Below are positions 51,708 to 63,683 of a DNA stretch of 64,000 bases, piece after piece. The stretch spans positions 103,044,001 to 103,108,000 of the forward strand of contig NC_043001.1 in the NCBI RefSeq assembly GCF_006345805.1, read 5' to 3'. Position 1 is the first letter of the stretch. Every line of letters begins with the position of its first letter. This DNA comes from Octopus sinensis (taxonomy: Eukaryota). The notes under the pieces are model-generated. The model was not told the origin of the DNA. It made no database searches and saw only the letters and a list, made by a program, of their open reading frames with translations. Position numbers and translations under genes: made by a program.

Positions 51708-53840
51708 AATATATATACATATATATATATATATATACATACATACATATATATATATATCATCATCATCATCGTTTAACGTCCGTTTTCCGCGCTAGCA
51801 CGGGTTGGACGGTTTGACCGGGGTCTGGGAAGCCAGGGGCTGCACCAGGCTCCAGTCTGATCTGGCAGTGTTTCTACAGCTGGATGCCCTTCCTAACGCC
51901 AACCACTCTGCAAGTGTAGTGGGTGCTTTTTACGTGCCACCGGCACAGGTGCCAGGGGAGTCTGGCATCGACCACGATCGGTTGGTGCTTTTAACGTGTC
52001 ACCGGCACAGAAGCCATTTGAGGTGGCGCTGGCATCGGCCATGTTCGGATGGTGCTTTTTATGTGCCACCAGCACAGGTATCACAACTACTATTTCCATT
52101 GATATTTATTTCGATGTTCATGTACTTGACTCAATAGGTCTCCTCAAGCACAGCGGGATGTATATATATACATATATATATATATGTGCATGCATGCATG
52201 CATGCATGCATGCATGCATGTATGTATGTATGTATGTATGTATGTAGTATGTATGTATGTATGTATGTATGTATGTGTGTATGTATGTATATATATGTGT
52301 GTGTGTGTGTAGAGTGAAATACAAACACAAACAACAGCAACAGTAATAAAAAGAATGTATAAATGATTTATGAAGAAATTCTTGTTGTTCAGCTGAATAG
52401 GTATTGAACATAATGAATAGCTTGAATTTTGGATTGCATGAAAGCAAATTCTTTAAGTTGAAGCAACAAGTGAAGGAGAAGTAATACTGAAATCATAAAC
52501 TGATGCACTTAAAATTGAGTAAAGATGGCTTTAATTGCAGGTAAAAATGCAGTTTTAATAAAAATAATTATGAAAATAAATGTATTATATGCATTGATGA
52601 ATTCAGTATAGAATTTGGAAATTTGAAAAGAAGTTGTACATTTTCTATCCAAGAGAGGACATTATTTGAATAACCATAGGCGCAGGAGTGGCTGTGTGGT
52701 AAGTAGCTTGCTAACCAACCACATGGTCCCGGGTTCAGTCCCACTGCGTGGCACCTTGGGCAAGTGTCTTCTACTATAGCCTTGGGCCGACCAATGCCTT
52801 GTGAGTGGATTTGGTAGACGGAAACTGAAAGAAGCCCGTCGTATATATGTATATATATATCTATGCATGTGTGTGTCTGTCCCCCTAGCATTGCTTGACA
52901 ACCAATGCTGGTGTGTTTATGTCCCCGTTACTTAGCGGTTCGGCAAAAGAGACCGATAGAATAAGTACTGGGCTTACAAAAGAATAAGTCCCAGGGTCGA
53001 GTTGTTCGATTAAAGGTGGTGCTCCAGCATGGCCACAGTCAAATGACTGAAACAAGTAAAAGAGTAAAAGAGAGAGAGAGTATTATAGGCATTGATGAAT
53101 TCAGTATAGAATTTGGAAATTTGAAAAGAAGTTGTACATTTTCTATCCAAGAGAGGAGATTATTGGAATGACCAGTCTAAAAAGTGCTGTGCGTGCATGT
53201 GTGTGTTTGCATGTGTAATCTCTTTTTCTTATTCAGCTCTCTACTCAGCTAACATTTTCTTCTGAAATACATGTGTATTGAGTTCTACACTAGGTTATTA
53301 ACCTGGCAGTGATTAGGGCGCAGCCCTCACTACAGGTTAAGGGTGTGGCACTCACAATCGCAAGATCGCGGTTTCAATTCCTAGACTGGGGTGGTGCATT
53401 GTGTTCTTGAGCAAAACACTTCAGTTCACGTTGCTTTGCGATCACTTCGACACCCGACGCGTGTGACAATGGGCACCGGTTCAGGTAACGTCGATTTGAC
53501 GGAGCGAGAGTGAGCAAATGTGCAGCACGTACTATTTGATCATTATAAACGAATTATCGGAGCAGGTCGTTCGGAAAAAGCTGAACGCTCATACCCGTCG
53601 TCTTCGACGAGAGACTCCATCAGATATACGTAGGAACAAGAACTTTTGGATGGAAATTCATAAATCCTTTAATATATATATATATATATATATTTCTTTA
53701 TTGCCCACAAGGGGCTAAACACAGAGAGGACGAACAAGGACAGACACACAGATTAAGCAGATTATCAAAACGTAACGGGCAGACGAAATACAGCTACGCA
53801 TTTCGCCGCCCGGCGTGCAAACGTTTCTGCCAGCTCGCCT

Positions 53841-53913
<73 letters not shown>

Positions 53914-54301
53914 TACATACACACACAAAACATTATTTCGATGTAAACCAGGTGATGTTTTTGTCAAAAGAAGCCCCTCCCCCACCTCTCTCTCTCTCTC
54001 TCATACACACACACACACACACGATAAAACCGTCCCAAATACAGAAACAATGTATTGTGAGAAACGAAATCCTCAAATAAATATTTTCGTCTGCAAAATA
54101 AAGTTACATCGAAAGTTCGTAAATGATAAATGACATCAGAATGAAATAAATAACGTACAAAATAATATTTTTGTTTAGAATAAACTCAATCCTATTCTGA
54201 TTAGAGGTGAGTGTTCGGAAATATTCTAAAGAACCATCTTTGTCGAATTCTTCAATAATATTATCCAAAGCAATTTGCCAGTTGCCGATTTTTGACGCCA
54301 T
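32623..54301 (-). CDS. SMYD4: SET and MYND domain-containing protein 4-like lysine methyltransferase (TPR-SET/MYND-postSET-TPR), 17 coding exons, ~751 aa
   Basis: Exons (minus): 54301-54159, 51421-51277, 50663-50574, 49249-49123, 47256-47197, 46594-46543, 44734-44572, 44433-44309, 42341-42236, 41657-41597, 41484-41333, 39882-39545, 38751-38678, 37505-37387, 36488-36356, 35590-35477, 32876-32623. All are GT-AG with consistent phases, total 2256 nt. Motifs: TPR GNKAFQAKNF..ALEHYT / YSNRSAALFHL; SET-N GRHLRA...GDVLIVEKPY; MYND HCNYC..PCQRC....YCS.IC....W...H..EC; LLNHSCQP; EVFSCYG; LKDQYFFKCQCEAC. Confidence 0.88.
34296..35315 (+). mobile_element. 5'-truncated RTE-type LINE: ORF2 C-terminus plus full 3' UTR
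   Basis: KGRLYDACVRTAMLHGSETW...RRLRWYGHVLRM...RGRPRKTW..DRDLWR runs directly into the window's ubiquitous 3' tail ending (GAT)n. Lies antisense in the last SMYD4 intron. Confidence 0.88.
38831..39385. mobile_element. piggyBac-type MITE family 1 carrying a SINE insertion
   Basis: TTAA|CCATTTAGCATT...AATGCTAAATAG|TTAA, interrupted at 39025-39352. Confidence 0.65.
39025..39352 (+). mobile_element. tRNA-derived SINE (family D)
   Basis: A box TGGCTTAGTGG, B box GTTCGATTCC; flanked by 7-bp TSD TACATTT (39018-24 / 39353-59). Confidence 0.75.
40493..40950. repeat. Fold-back element: ~140-bp inverted arms around a microsatellite
   Basis: CTGTTGTGTCTGGGGAGAGTC...GACTCTG (40493-40633) versus CAGAGTC...GACTCTCCCCAGACACAACAG (40810-40950). 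Confidence 0.8.
45360..45603 (-). mobile_element. SINE family A copy
   Basis: Reverse complement of GGCGAGCTGGCAGAA.CGTTAGC...GAGTTCAAATTCCGCCGAGGTCGACTTTG..TTTCATCCTTT..GGGTCGAT. Other copies at about 3045-3243(-), 13955-14385(-), 33650-33850, 37655-38085(-), 41070-41300(-) and 50345-50545. Confidence 0.8.
52679..53078 (+). mobile_element. Full-length tRNA-derived SINE family B
   Basis: GGCGCAGGAGTGGCTGTGTGG (A box) ... GGTTCAGTCCC (B box) ... ACCTTGGGCAAGT; internal (TA)/(TG) tract; AGTAAAAG-repeat tail; flanked by 95-bp direct repeats. Confidence 0.85.
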
Positions 54302-54354
54302 TGGGCCGGTGTAAACCCAAGTGGATTCCTTGTTAATATTAAGGCTACGATTAC

Positions 54355-54990
54355 GGCGGCGAGCTGGCAGAAACGTTAGCACGCCGGGCGAAATGCTTTG
54401 CGGTATTTCGTTTGTCTCTACGTTCTGACTTCAAATTCCGCTAAGGTCGACTTTGCCTTTCATCCTTTCGGGGTCGATTAAATAAGTACCAGTTAAATCA
54501 ACTTAATCCGTTTGTCTGTCCTTGTTTGTCCCCTCTATGTTTAGCCCCTTGTGGGTAGTAAAGAAATAGGTATTTCATCCATCTTTATGTTCTGAGTTCA
54601 AATTCCGCTGTGGTCGACTTTACCTTTCATCTTTTCAGGAAAGGGCAGTGAGCTGGTAGAATCGTTAGCACACCGGGAAAAATGCTTAGCGGCATTTCGT
54701 CAGTCTTCGTGTTTTGAGTTCAAATTCCGCCGAAGTCGACTTCCCGTTCATCGTTTTGGGGTCGATAAAATAAGTACCAGTTGAGCACTGGGGTCGAGGT
54801 AATCGACATATCCTCTCCTGAAATTGTTGCACTCGTGCAAAATGCTTAGTGACATTTTTCTGGTTTTACGTTCTTAGTTCAAATTCCACGGAAGTCTGTG
54901 TGTCTTTCATCCTTCCATGGTCGATGAAATAAAGTACCAAGTCAGTATTGAGGGTCGATGTAATCGTCAAGACTTCTCCCCAAACTTTCA
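54355..54990 (+). mobile_element. Cluster of 3-4 full or partial SINE family A copies
   Basis: Repeated GTTCAAATTCC..CG..GTCGACTT...CATC...GTCGAT blocks starting about 55 bp from the SMYD4 ATG. Confidence 0.8.
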
Positions 54991-55626
54991 ATCGAAAGCC
55001 TTCATTTGGCGACATACCGTCTGTGCTGCTGGTCATTGCGTGGGCGACGTGCATGGGATGGTGTCCCTCTACATCATGGGTGATAGGGATGCTGCCGCTT
55101 ATAGTGTCGAACCTTCTCAACCTCAGCCTAACTGAAGCACAACTTTGGTGTGTAGTCTGCCGCAGAATCCTTAGTCTACTCTGTGAAACTATCTTGCAGG
55201 AGTTCGCTTGGCCCTGCCTGCCTGAGATTCGAAATCGAATCCACACACTTGTTGCTTGTCAGACAAGTGTGTGATCTTTTGTGATTTCATCTCCACACCG
55301 GGTGATTGATGGGAAACACTTGACCTCCTAGGACCTTTGCTGGTCACCGAAGGGTCAGTCCTTTATTGAAGGTTTGACCTACTTCCTGGTCATACACTAT
55401 ATGACGGAGAGCATTTCTCTCTCACTCGTCCTCTTCGGTTTTCAGTCGGTTAGCCGAGGAGCATCTTTCGCCAGCGCAGAAAGACAAAACCCAATTTTCA
55501 CCCTTTCCTTCTCTCTGCCAGCACAAAGCAATCTTTACCTTTTCTTTCTCGGTCAGCAGAACGCACCACTATCAAATACCAACCAGCGAGCCATCAACAT
55601 GTCGATTATTTACAATCACTACTATG

Positions 55627-56001
55627 TGTTGTGGCACTCTGTCAGTTACAATGAGGAGGGTTCCAGTTGATCAACGGAACAGCCTGCTCGTGAAATTATC
55701 GTGCAAGTGGCTGAGCACTCCACAGATATATGTACCTTTAACAAGGTTCTCAGGAAGATTCAGCGTGACACAGAGTGCGACAAGGCTGGCCCTTTGAAAT
55801 ACAGGTACAACAGAAACAAGAAGAAAAAGTTAAAATGAAAGAGTATAGCAAGGGTCGTTACCACACCCTGCCGGAGCCACGTAGAACTTTAAGTGTTTTC
55901 ACTCAATAAACACTCACAACGCCAGGTCTGTCTGGGAATCGAAACCGCGATCCTATGACCACGAACCCACTGCCCTAACCACTGGACCATTGGGCCTCCA
56001 C
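55627..56001 (-). mobile_element. Chimeric tRNA-derived SINE (family C head + family D tail)
   Basis: Head matches the 56957 copy; the 3' half TTGTACCTGTATTTCAAAGGGCCAGCCTTGTC...GGAGTGCTCAG matches the 39025 copy. Confidence 0.7.
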
Positions 56002-56221
56002 ACTACTGTATGTATATAACTAACCACTGCGGGCAAATAAATGTGCGAATATTATTCTTTATTCGTTGCTGTTATTCTTCACTTCATCTGCGCGTTACAA
56101 TGGTATTGTTCTTCACATTAACAGTAGCTACATCGTTACCCTACAATTATAATAATTGCATTTTTCTCCACAATTGGTGCCTCCGACTTGAGAACCTTAG
56201 ATCTTCACACTGCAACCCGAT

Positions 56222-56393
56222 CTAGGTTAGGATGAGGGTTAAAGTTTAGGGTTCGAGTTTAAGTTTAAGATTTAAGATTAGAGTTAGGGTTCGGGGTTAT
56301 GTTTGAGGTTTAGGGTTGGGGTTTAGGGTTAGGGTAAATGTTAAGGTTAGGATTTAGGGTTTAGGATTAGGGTTGGAATTAGATTAGAGTTAG
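56222..56393 (+). repeat. Degenerate (TTAGGG)-like array
   Basis: GGTTAG/TTAGGG/TTTAGGG variants over about 170 bp. Confidence 0.7.
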
Positions 56394-56956
56394 ACTGCAT
56401 GCGAAAGTATAAATAGCCAGGTAGACCACACACTAAAGTGGACCCTTAAGGACCTTAGTGTAATCATAGATTCCCAAACCCATTTCCATCCATGAAGATA
56501 AGTAATAGTAAACAGTTTAAATCTACAACCGCTTGAATTATTCCGCAAAGACGGAATCTTCAGCGACTTGTCTGTGTCCTGATGAGTTTAAAGGGCATTA
56601 TTTTCAACTAATGCGAACAGTGATAAAAAAAAACTACAACAAAACCCGAATACTGAACAGTGACCAGAAACAAGGTTTAGACTTTAGACATAAAAATGAT
56701 AACGTATGAAGTATTTGTAAACATAACATTTCAGTTAGAGTTAACACGTTCATGACTGCACTCTTGAAATAGGTTCAAACTAATTTACTTATCGTTTTTC
56801 ATGAAGTGTGTTGGAAGGAATGGTTTTATCTTTCTTTCATTCACCCAGAAAAATATTGGTCAGGTAGTAAAGCGATTAGTAATGTGAGAGTAGAAGCGTA
56901 TCTCATTTGTAATGAAGTGCGAATAAAACAGACTATTGGTCGGATTCATAGAAGTA

Positions 56957-57274
56957 GGTGGAGGCGCAATGGCCCAGTGCTTAGGCCAGCGGACTTGTTG
57001 TCAGAGGATCGCGGTTTCGATTCCCAGACCGGGCGTTGTGTGTGTTTATTGAGCGAAAACACCTAAAGCTCCACGAAGCTCCGGCAGGGGGTGGTGGTGA
57101 CCCCTGTTGTACTCTTTCGCCCTAACTTTTTTTCACTCTTTCTTCCTGTTTCTTGAGTAACGCTGCGATGGACTGGCGTCCCGTCCAGCTGGGAGGAACA
57201 CATACACCACAGAAACCGGGAAACCGGGTCCATGAGCCTGACTAGGCTTGAAAAGGACGCATAAATAAATAAAA
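56957..57274 (+). mobile_element. tRNA-derived SINE family C
   Basis: TGGCCCAGTGC (A-box-like), GGTTTCGATTCCC (B box), (AAAT)n tail. Confidence 0.7.
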
Positions 57275-57699
57275 ATAACAGAAAGTAGATTGACGCTTTA
57301 TTAAGTATAACATAACGATAGAACCTTGGTAAGTTTTAATGAATTTCATTAAATTATTTCCTGTTGTCTTTTTAGGAGCAGGAATTTCTAGAAGGGGTGG
57401 ATTCCCAGTCCCCTCGCTCCTACCCCTTTTAGTCGCTTCTTACAACACGCTGGGAATACGGCGACTGTATTCTACCGATCCCACACACCCAGCCGCAGGG
57501 TTTGGGTGTTAGTTAACCCATCGCTGGGGTCCTTACAGGTGCTACCACCCCGGGCCAGAGTAGACCTGGGAACAATAGAGGCTAAGAGGTGATTCCACAC
57601 TCCTCAGACTCTGAAACCAGGGCCCCAGGGGTCCCACTACCGGGTGTAGTTTAGAGTCATACCCAGGTGATGAGATTTTCGAGAGATGGAATGGCTGGT

Positions 57700-58330
57700 T
57701 GGATGAATGTGAGTATAAACGGTGAGAGGTTGGAGGAGGTGAGTGTTTTTAAGTACCTGAGATCACGTGACGGCGGATGGGGGAGGGGTTGGCTGAGGAA
57801 GTGGGCTATAGAATGAGGGAGGGGAAAAAGATACTTGGAGTTGTGAAAGATATGCTGAGAGATAAGCGGTTGAGTATGAAAACGAAAAGAGGTGTGTATG
57901 AGGGCGTGATTGTACCGATAATGTTATATGGTGCAGAGACGTGGGGTCTGAGAGAGGCAGAAAGGAGGCGACTAAATGTGTTTGAGATGGGATGTTTGAG
58001 GGCTATGGTTGGTGTGACACGGACGGACAGGATGAGGAATGAGGAGGTGCGAAGACGAGTAGGAATGAGGGAAAAACTAACAACCAAAATAGACGAATGT
58101 TGAGGTGGTTTGGACTCATGGAGAGGATGGATGAGGAGCAGAGGAAGATGAGGGCAGAAGTGGTAAGCAGCAGAACCAGAGGTAGACCTCAGTTTGTGTG
58201 GATGGATGGAATGAAGAAAGCTTTGGTGGTTGGAGGTGTTGGAATGAGAGAGGCAAGAGAATTTATAAATGATAGGAAAGCTAGGAGAGTGTTTGCGGAT
58301 GGATGCTCAAAGGGGTTCGGAACCAGCATG
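57700..58330 (+). mobile_element. RTE-type LINE ORF2 3' fragment (second RTE family)
   Basis: GERLEEVSVFKYL; YEGVIVPIMLYGAETW...LNVFEMGCLRAMVGVTRTDRMRNEEVRRR; LRWFG.MERM...RGRP..W.D, with frameshifts. Confidence 0.85.
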
Positions 58331-59841
58331 ATGCAGTGGAGGTAAACCAGCATATGCTGTCGGCCCCCACTGCTGATATCGGGGGTTGCGTTTTATGCCT
58401 TAACCCGAGCATAGGATGGGGCTCGCCTCTTTGAGCTGGGAAATGAATGGTATGTGTCTTGTTGTGGTTACCCGCTCCAAAAAAATGGGAAATAGGCCTG
58501 GGTGTATATAAAAAAATGTATAAATTATTTATTTCTTCTGAGAAAAACAAAACAATTTACTTCATGAAAATAGCGTAAAACTGTTCTCGAGTATTTTAGT
58601 AGATTTCGCTTTTAGTACATAAGTATTTTTTTTTCTCTTAGGTCCAAGTCGGCTCTGAACGAGCAGATTTGAGATCAACGGTGCTGCAAGTGTCATCCTA
58701 TATTTTCTTCAAACAACAATATAATTCAGTCTCATTCCATAAAAACAAAACAAAGCAAACGGTACGGATGTAATTTGAGTGAGATTTGACAACCAATTTT
58801 AGCACCTCAAGAGACTATCTTTGGTTTGACAGTATTTTAATAATCGAAAAATGTAATGATTTTAACATCCTTTCGGTTGGAGGCGCCTAGAAATCGTTAC
58901 AAACTTTTGTGCATGTTGAGCAGTTAGCAAACCCAGATTTAGCCTTTTGAGCGATTGCATTAAAAATTACAGCGGCCTCACATTTTGTCGGAGCAAGACG
59001 AAAACTTTGGTTCAAACGTTTTGAGGAATGGACGGACGTCTTGAGACTGAAGTAAAAAAAAAAAAAACTAAATGAAAAGCAAAGAAACGAGAAAAACATA
59101 CTTCATCTAGCACTGGAGACCAGGGCCGACCCTGGGCAAGCTGAATTTCGGCATGTCGTGGAAATTTCTTTGTTTTCATCACGTTCACCCAAGCGTCCCC
59201 TAGCACATGGTACCCTGGGCGACTGCCCGAGTTGCCGGTACCTTGAGCTGGCCCAGCTCGAGACATGTGTCAGTAGCCACGTTTGCAAAGGTTTTACTTC
59301 AAATGGAGGCAATGGTCACCAACAGAAATTGATCTAGCATCGCAAAGAATTATAGAAACTTTGTGTGATTTTGTGAACGTGCCATCCAACTTCTCAAAAG
59401 CGACAATGTACAGGATGTGAATTCTACCATCGTTCAACAGGTACCAGTTCAAACCAGATGATTTAAGCCAGCTTATGCTGTAGTCGATGGGAACGATGCT
59501 ACCGACTTTCCAACATAGTTTCTCAATTTGCTTTGCTGACCTCTTACCAACCTCAAAGAATCTTAAAATCTTAAGCAAGGAAGAAAACCCATCCTGTGCA
59601 CAGTGTAGAGCAACTCTTTCTACACAGAATCACATTTTCCGACTGATGACGTAGAGTAGAAGAGAAAAGTTGTACAGGGAGACAGCAATCCTCACGGAAA
59701 TTGCCAAGTGGTGGGACCTGCGGAAGTTGAGACCAACAAACAGCCAAATTCGAAATAGCAAAAAGACAAAATTAAATACAGGAAGGAACACATATAAAAG
59801 CCCTCAATTAATTATTGAGAATAGTGGGTTGGGCAACATAA

Positions 59842-60235
59842 TCTCTCTCTATATAAAGCTGAAGTTGTCTGTGTATGGCAGGTTTGGTAGCCTTCAATTA
59901 ACACTATCTCCTCCGAGACCCTGCGGCGCAAGTTGACCAAAATTGAGAGTATGATAGAAGAAGGCTTGCTCTTTCTTCCGTAGAAGATAAAATTCAAATT
60001 GGACCATGTTAACACCAAAAATTATTTACATCAAAAAGGTCTCATTTTTTTCTATGAAAATCCCTATTTTTTACGATATTTTGACTGCTGTGTCGCTATT
60101 TTTCGGTGTATTTCAACCAGAAAAATGTTCACTTAATGAGAATAATAAGCTACATAATACAAAATTTTTACTTTTCAAAAATTCCAATTCTAAAGGATCG
60201 AAACAAACCCGAGCAACGCCGCGCGATACTGCTAG
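59842..60235 (+). mobile_element. Non-autonomous Helitron (394 bp)
   Basis: A|TC 5' end, GC-rich subterminal CCCGAGCAACGCCGCG, CTAG|T 3' end, no TSD. Confidence 0.7.
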
Positions 60236-60544
60236 TATACATTAAAAGATAAACCGAACTCGATATCGGTGTCAATCCCAATTTCCTTCAAAATGACTAA
60301 TTTATTTGTTGAAGGAAAAAACGACGTCGTTGAGTGTTAGCAAGAAATTATATTTCGCCAGGATTTGATCAAAGGTCTGTTCGATAAAGTTCAAAGGTAT
60401 TTGATTCTTAATGGATGATGATAAAGCTCCTGAGACAAAAATAGCTGTGCTTCTTTGTATCAAGCCTCTGACAGAGTGCTGCAAATGGATCTGGTGGGTA
60501 CACTGCTCTGACTTGGCATAACACTTCTTCTTCTTCAATGTAGG

Positions 60545-60790
60545 GGCACAAAATAGTTACTTGTGGTTGAACTTGCAGTGCACTGGGGGGGAAGGCTTGA
60601 TATTTCTTACCAACTGAAGAAAGCTAAGTACAAGGGCTTAAGTGAGGATCTTGTCAAAGGATGGCATGCAGAATCATTTTCCATTGAAGTCCTCTGCTGC
60701 GGTTTCCCAGCGAAATCATTGCCCTATTTTGAGGCAGAAGTTGTGTTTAGACCCCAAACAACTGAGAAAATCCACTGAGGAAGATAGGTC
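60545..60790 (+). mobile_element. RLE-type non-LTR retrotransposon remnant (R2/HERO-like endonuclease tail)
   Basis: VELAVHW..RLDISYQLKKAKY..L....GW.....IEV.C.GF resembles the ELTVPWE...KKAKY...IEVGCRGF restriction-like endonuclease motif. Confidence 0.6.
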
Positions 60791-60917
60791 TGCTAGCTGA
60801 GACAAGGTCAAGGTAGTTGTGTTTTACAAGAGAGCACAGATAGAACCCTTTCGGTAGGTGAAGGGTCAGTCTCCACATGCAGATTAAGGGGTAAAAAGCT
60901 TGTGAGAAAGAAGAGAA

Positions 60918-60992
<75 letters not shown>

Positions 60993-61129
60993 TACTAACA
61001 AAGAGACAATATTAGGAGAGGCGCTTGCAACATGTTTCAGTTGCTCCCGCAGGTTCTGCACGGAGCAAAAGATCTCTAATGTGTAGTCCACTTATAAAAA
61101 ATAATCCCCAACTCGAATGGAATTACAGA

Positions 61130-63683
61130 ACAGAAAAGAAGACAAGCTTTCAAGGACATCACAACAAAAACACGAGATAAAAAAACCCGTGACACCATTA
61201 GTGTCAGTATTAGTACGTATTAGTATGTATAAGGGTGTGTGTGTGTGTGTGTGTATGAGAGAGTATTAGTGCGTATGAGAGGTCTGAACGTGTGTATATA
61301 TAGGGTTGGTGTATGTATTAGTATGTATTAGTTGGTGTATGTATTAGTATGGCACATCATATATGATGTGATGTGTAAAGTCGTGTGGTGTAGTGTGGAG
61401 AGAGGAGAAGAGGGGGAGGGGGGGGAGAGGGGGGAGGAGAGGAGGGGGAGGGGGAGAGAGAGGAGGGGAGAAGGAAGTGGATGAGGAGGGGAGGAGGAAG
61501 GAGGAAAGAGGGAGGGGGGAGTGAGGGAGCAGAGGGAAGGGGAAGAGGGAAGGAGGGAGGGAGAAAGAGGTAAGAAGGGAAGGGAGTAGGGGTGAAAGGA
61601 TGAAGGACTGAAGAAGTAGGGGTCGGGGGGAAGGTAGGTGAGGAGGGGGAGAGGGGGTTAGATGAGGAGGGCGGAGAGAGTTGAGAACAAATGGCGTATA
61701 AGAGCGAAGAGAGAAGATTAATTCCTGTTCACGGCGCAAACGGGAATCCGGATGGCCTCTGTGTAAGGACAAACCGAACACAGATAGGTGTTGCAAGGAG
61801 TGACCGGTGGAGCGGAAATGGCGAGAGACCGGTGTGTCGTTCGCAAGGTGGATGTCTCGAAGGTGTTCCGCGAACCGGTCAGCCAAGCGGCGTCCCGTTT
61901 GTCCGATGTACAAGGAATGGCAGAGAGAGCAAGAGACGCAATAGATAATATTGCTGGAGGTGCAGGTGAAGGAGTGGATGATGGGATAGGGTCGATGATG
62001 GGTGCTAGTGAGGAGGGTGGGTGGGAGAGGTAAGGGCAAGTGCGGCAACGTGGGGCCGGACAGGGGAACGAGCGGGTTGGGAGGTAGGGTCAGGGAAGGA
62101 GCTATGGACCAAAATGTCTCGAAGGTTGTGGGCTCGTTTGAAAGAGGGGAGGGGTCGGTTAGGGAAGAAGTGTGAAGTGGACGGGTCGGACTGGAGATGA
62201 CGGAAAGCTCGAAGAATGGTGCGTTGGGAAGTTGGGTCGTGGGTGTGGTAAGTGAGGGGAAAAGGGAGGCGGGAGACTACAGGCGGGGTTCGGGGAGAGA
62301 GAGCAGATACACGTCCACGGACCGTGCTCTGGCAAGGGCGGTGTGGATAGTGGTGAGGGGGTATCCACGTAGGGTGAAGTGGTGAGCCATACGTTAGACT
62401 GAGTCTCAAAGTGATGGTCGTCACTACAGAGCCTACGTAGACGGAGGAATTGGGAATAGGGGATGGAAAGCTTGGTGTGTTCTGGGGGGAGGAAGAGAAG
62501 TTGAGGTATGAGTGTGAGTCTGTGTGTTTGTAGTGAATGGAGGTGGTAAGAGTGGAGTGAAGAATGCTACCCGAAATGTCGAGGAAGGAGACAGAGGTGT
62601 TGGAGATAGTGGAAGTGAAGTGAGGGCTGGATGGAAAGATTGGACGAAAGAGAGGAAGGAATCTAGATGTTCACGGGAGAGTGAGGTGGCACCGATAATG
62701 TCGTCAATGTAACGACCATATAGTTCAGGAGTGGGACCTGTGAAATTAGAGAATATTTGGGCCTCAACATAGCCAACGAACAGTTCGCGATAGTTGGGGC
62801 CCATTCGCGTTCCCATGGCCACTCCCGAGATCTGATGGTAGAACTCGCCCGCGAACGAGAAGCAGTTCAGAGTAAGGACAAGTTCGGCCAGACGAATGAG
62901 TGTGGAGGTGTCAGGTACAGGGTTGGAGCGGAGGTCAAGAAAGTGTCGAAGGGCCTGCAGTCCTTCGTGTGAGGGATAACAGTATAGAGGCTTTGGATGT
63001 CCATAGTAAAAAGGATTTTGGAGGAGCCGGGAGGAAAGGAGAAAGAGTTGAAAAGCCGGAGAGCATGGTTGGTATCGTGGATGTGGGAGGGAAGAGATGC
63101 CACTAGGGGGGCAAGGACACGTCGAGGTATTTAGAGATGAGCTCCGTGGGGCAGTTACAGGCGGAGACGATGGGGCGTGCCAGGGTTGTTGGGTTGGTGG
63201 ATTTTGGGAGGAGTAAATGGTGGGGGTACGTGGGTTTCGCACAATTAGGTTGGATGCGGTTGTGGGGGAGACGGGAGGACGAGATGAGGTCGCGGACAGT
63301 AGAGGATACCGTCTGTTGGTAGCTACGTGTGGGGTTAGAGGGCAGAGGGGAGTAGAAGGAGGTGTCATTGAGTTGGCGGAAAGCCTCGGCCCTATAGAGG
63401 TCCGCGCGCCACACCACTACAGCTCCACCCTTGTCAGCCGGTTTGATGAAATGTCAGCGCGCTGTTGGAGGGAACGAAGAGCCAGAGCTCAGCCGGGGAG
63501 ATGTTGAGGCGGCGTTGGCGCCTGGAGAAGTTGAACCGCTCCAATGCACGCTGACAAGCGCCCGCGAAAAGATCCACTGCTAGGAACTGGCCAGGGGCAG
63601 GCGTCCACGGGGATGGTCGGCGGCCAGGCCAGTGAAGCAGTCCTCTTCGTTGGGTGTGGGTGGCGAGTCGTGGTAATGCGCAC

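Noticed and set aside
52679-52750. tRNA gene
   Set aside because: A and B boxes are present but there is no cloverleaf; it continues into a SINE body present in many copies. The same applies at 39025 and 56957.
55010-55560. GC-richer segment with 100-126-aa ORFs as a gene
   Set aside because: No recognisable domain or splice structure; probably a decayed retroelement fragment that I cannot assign.
56515-56695. CTGATGA (+, 56579) and CTGAAGA-TTCCG/CGGAA (-) as hammerheads
   Set aside because: GAAA is missing or misplaced and stem III is unconvincing.
61025-61080. Hairpin followed by GAAACATGTT (minus) near the Penelope 3' end as a pLTR hammerhead
   Set aside because: No CTGANGA core upstream; at most a remnant.
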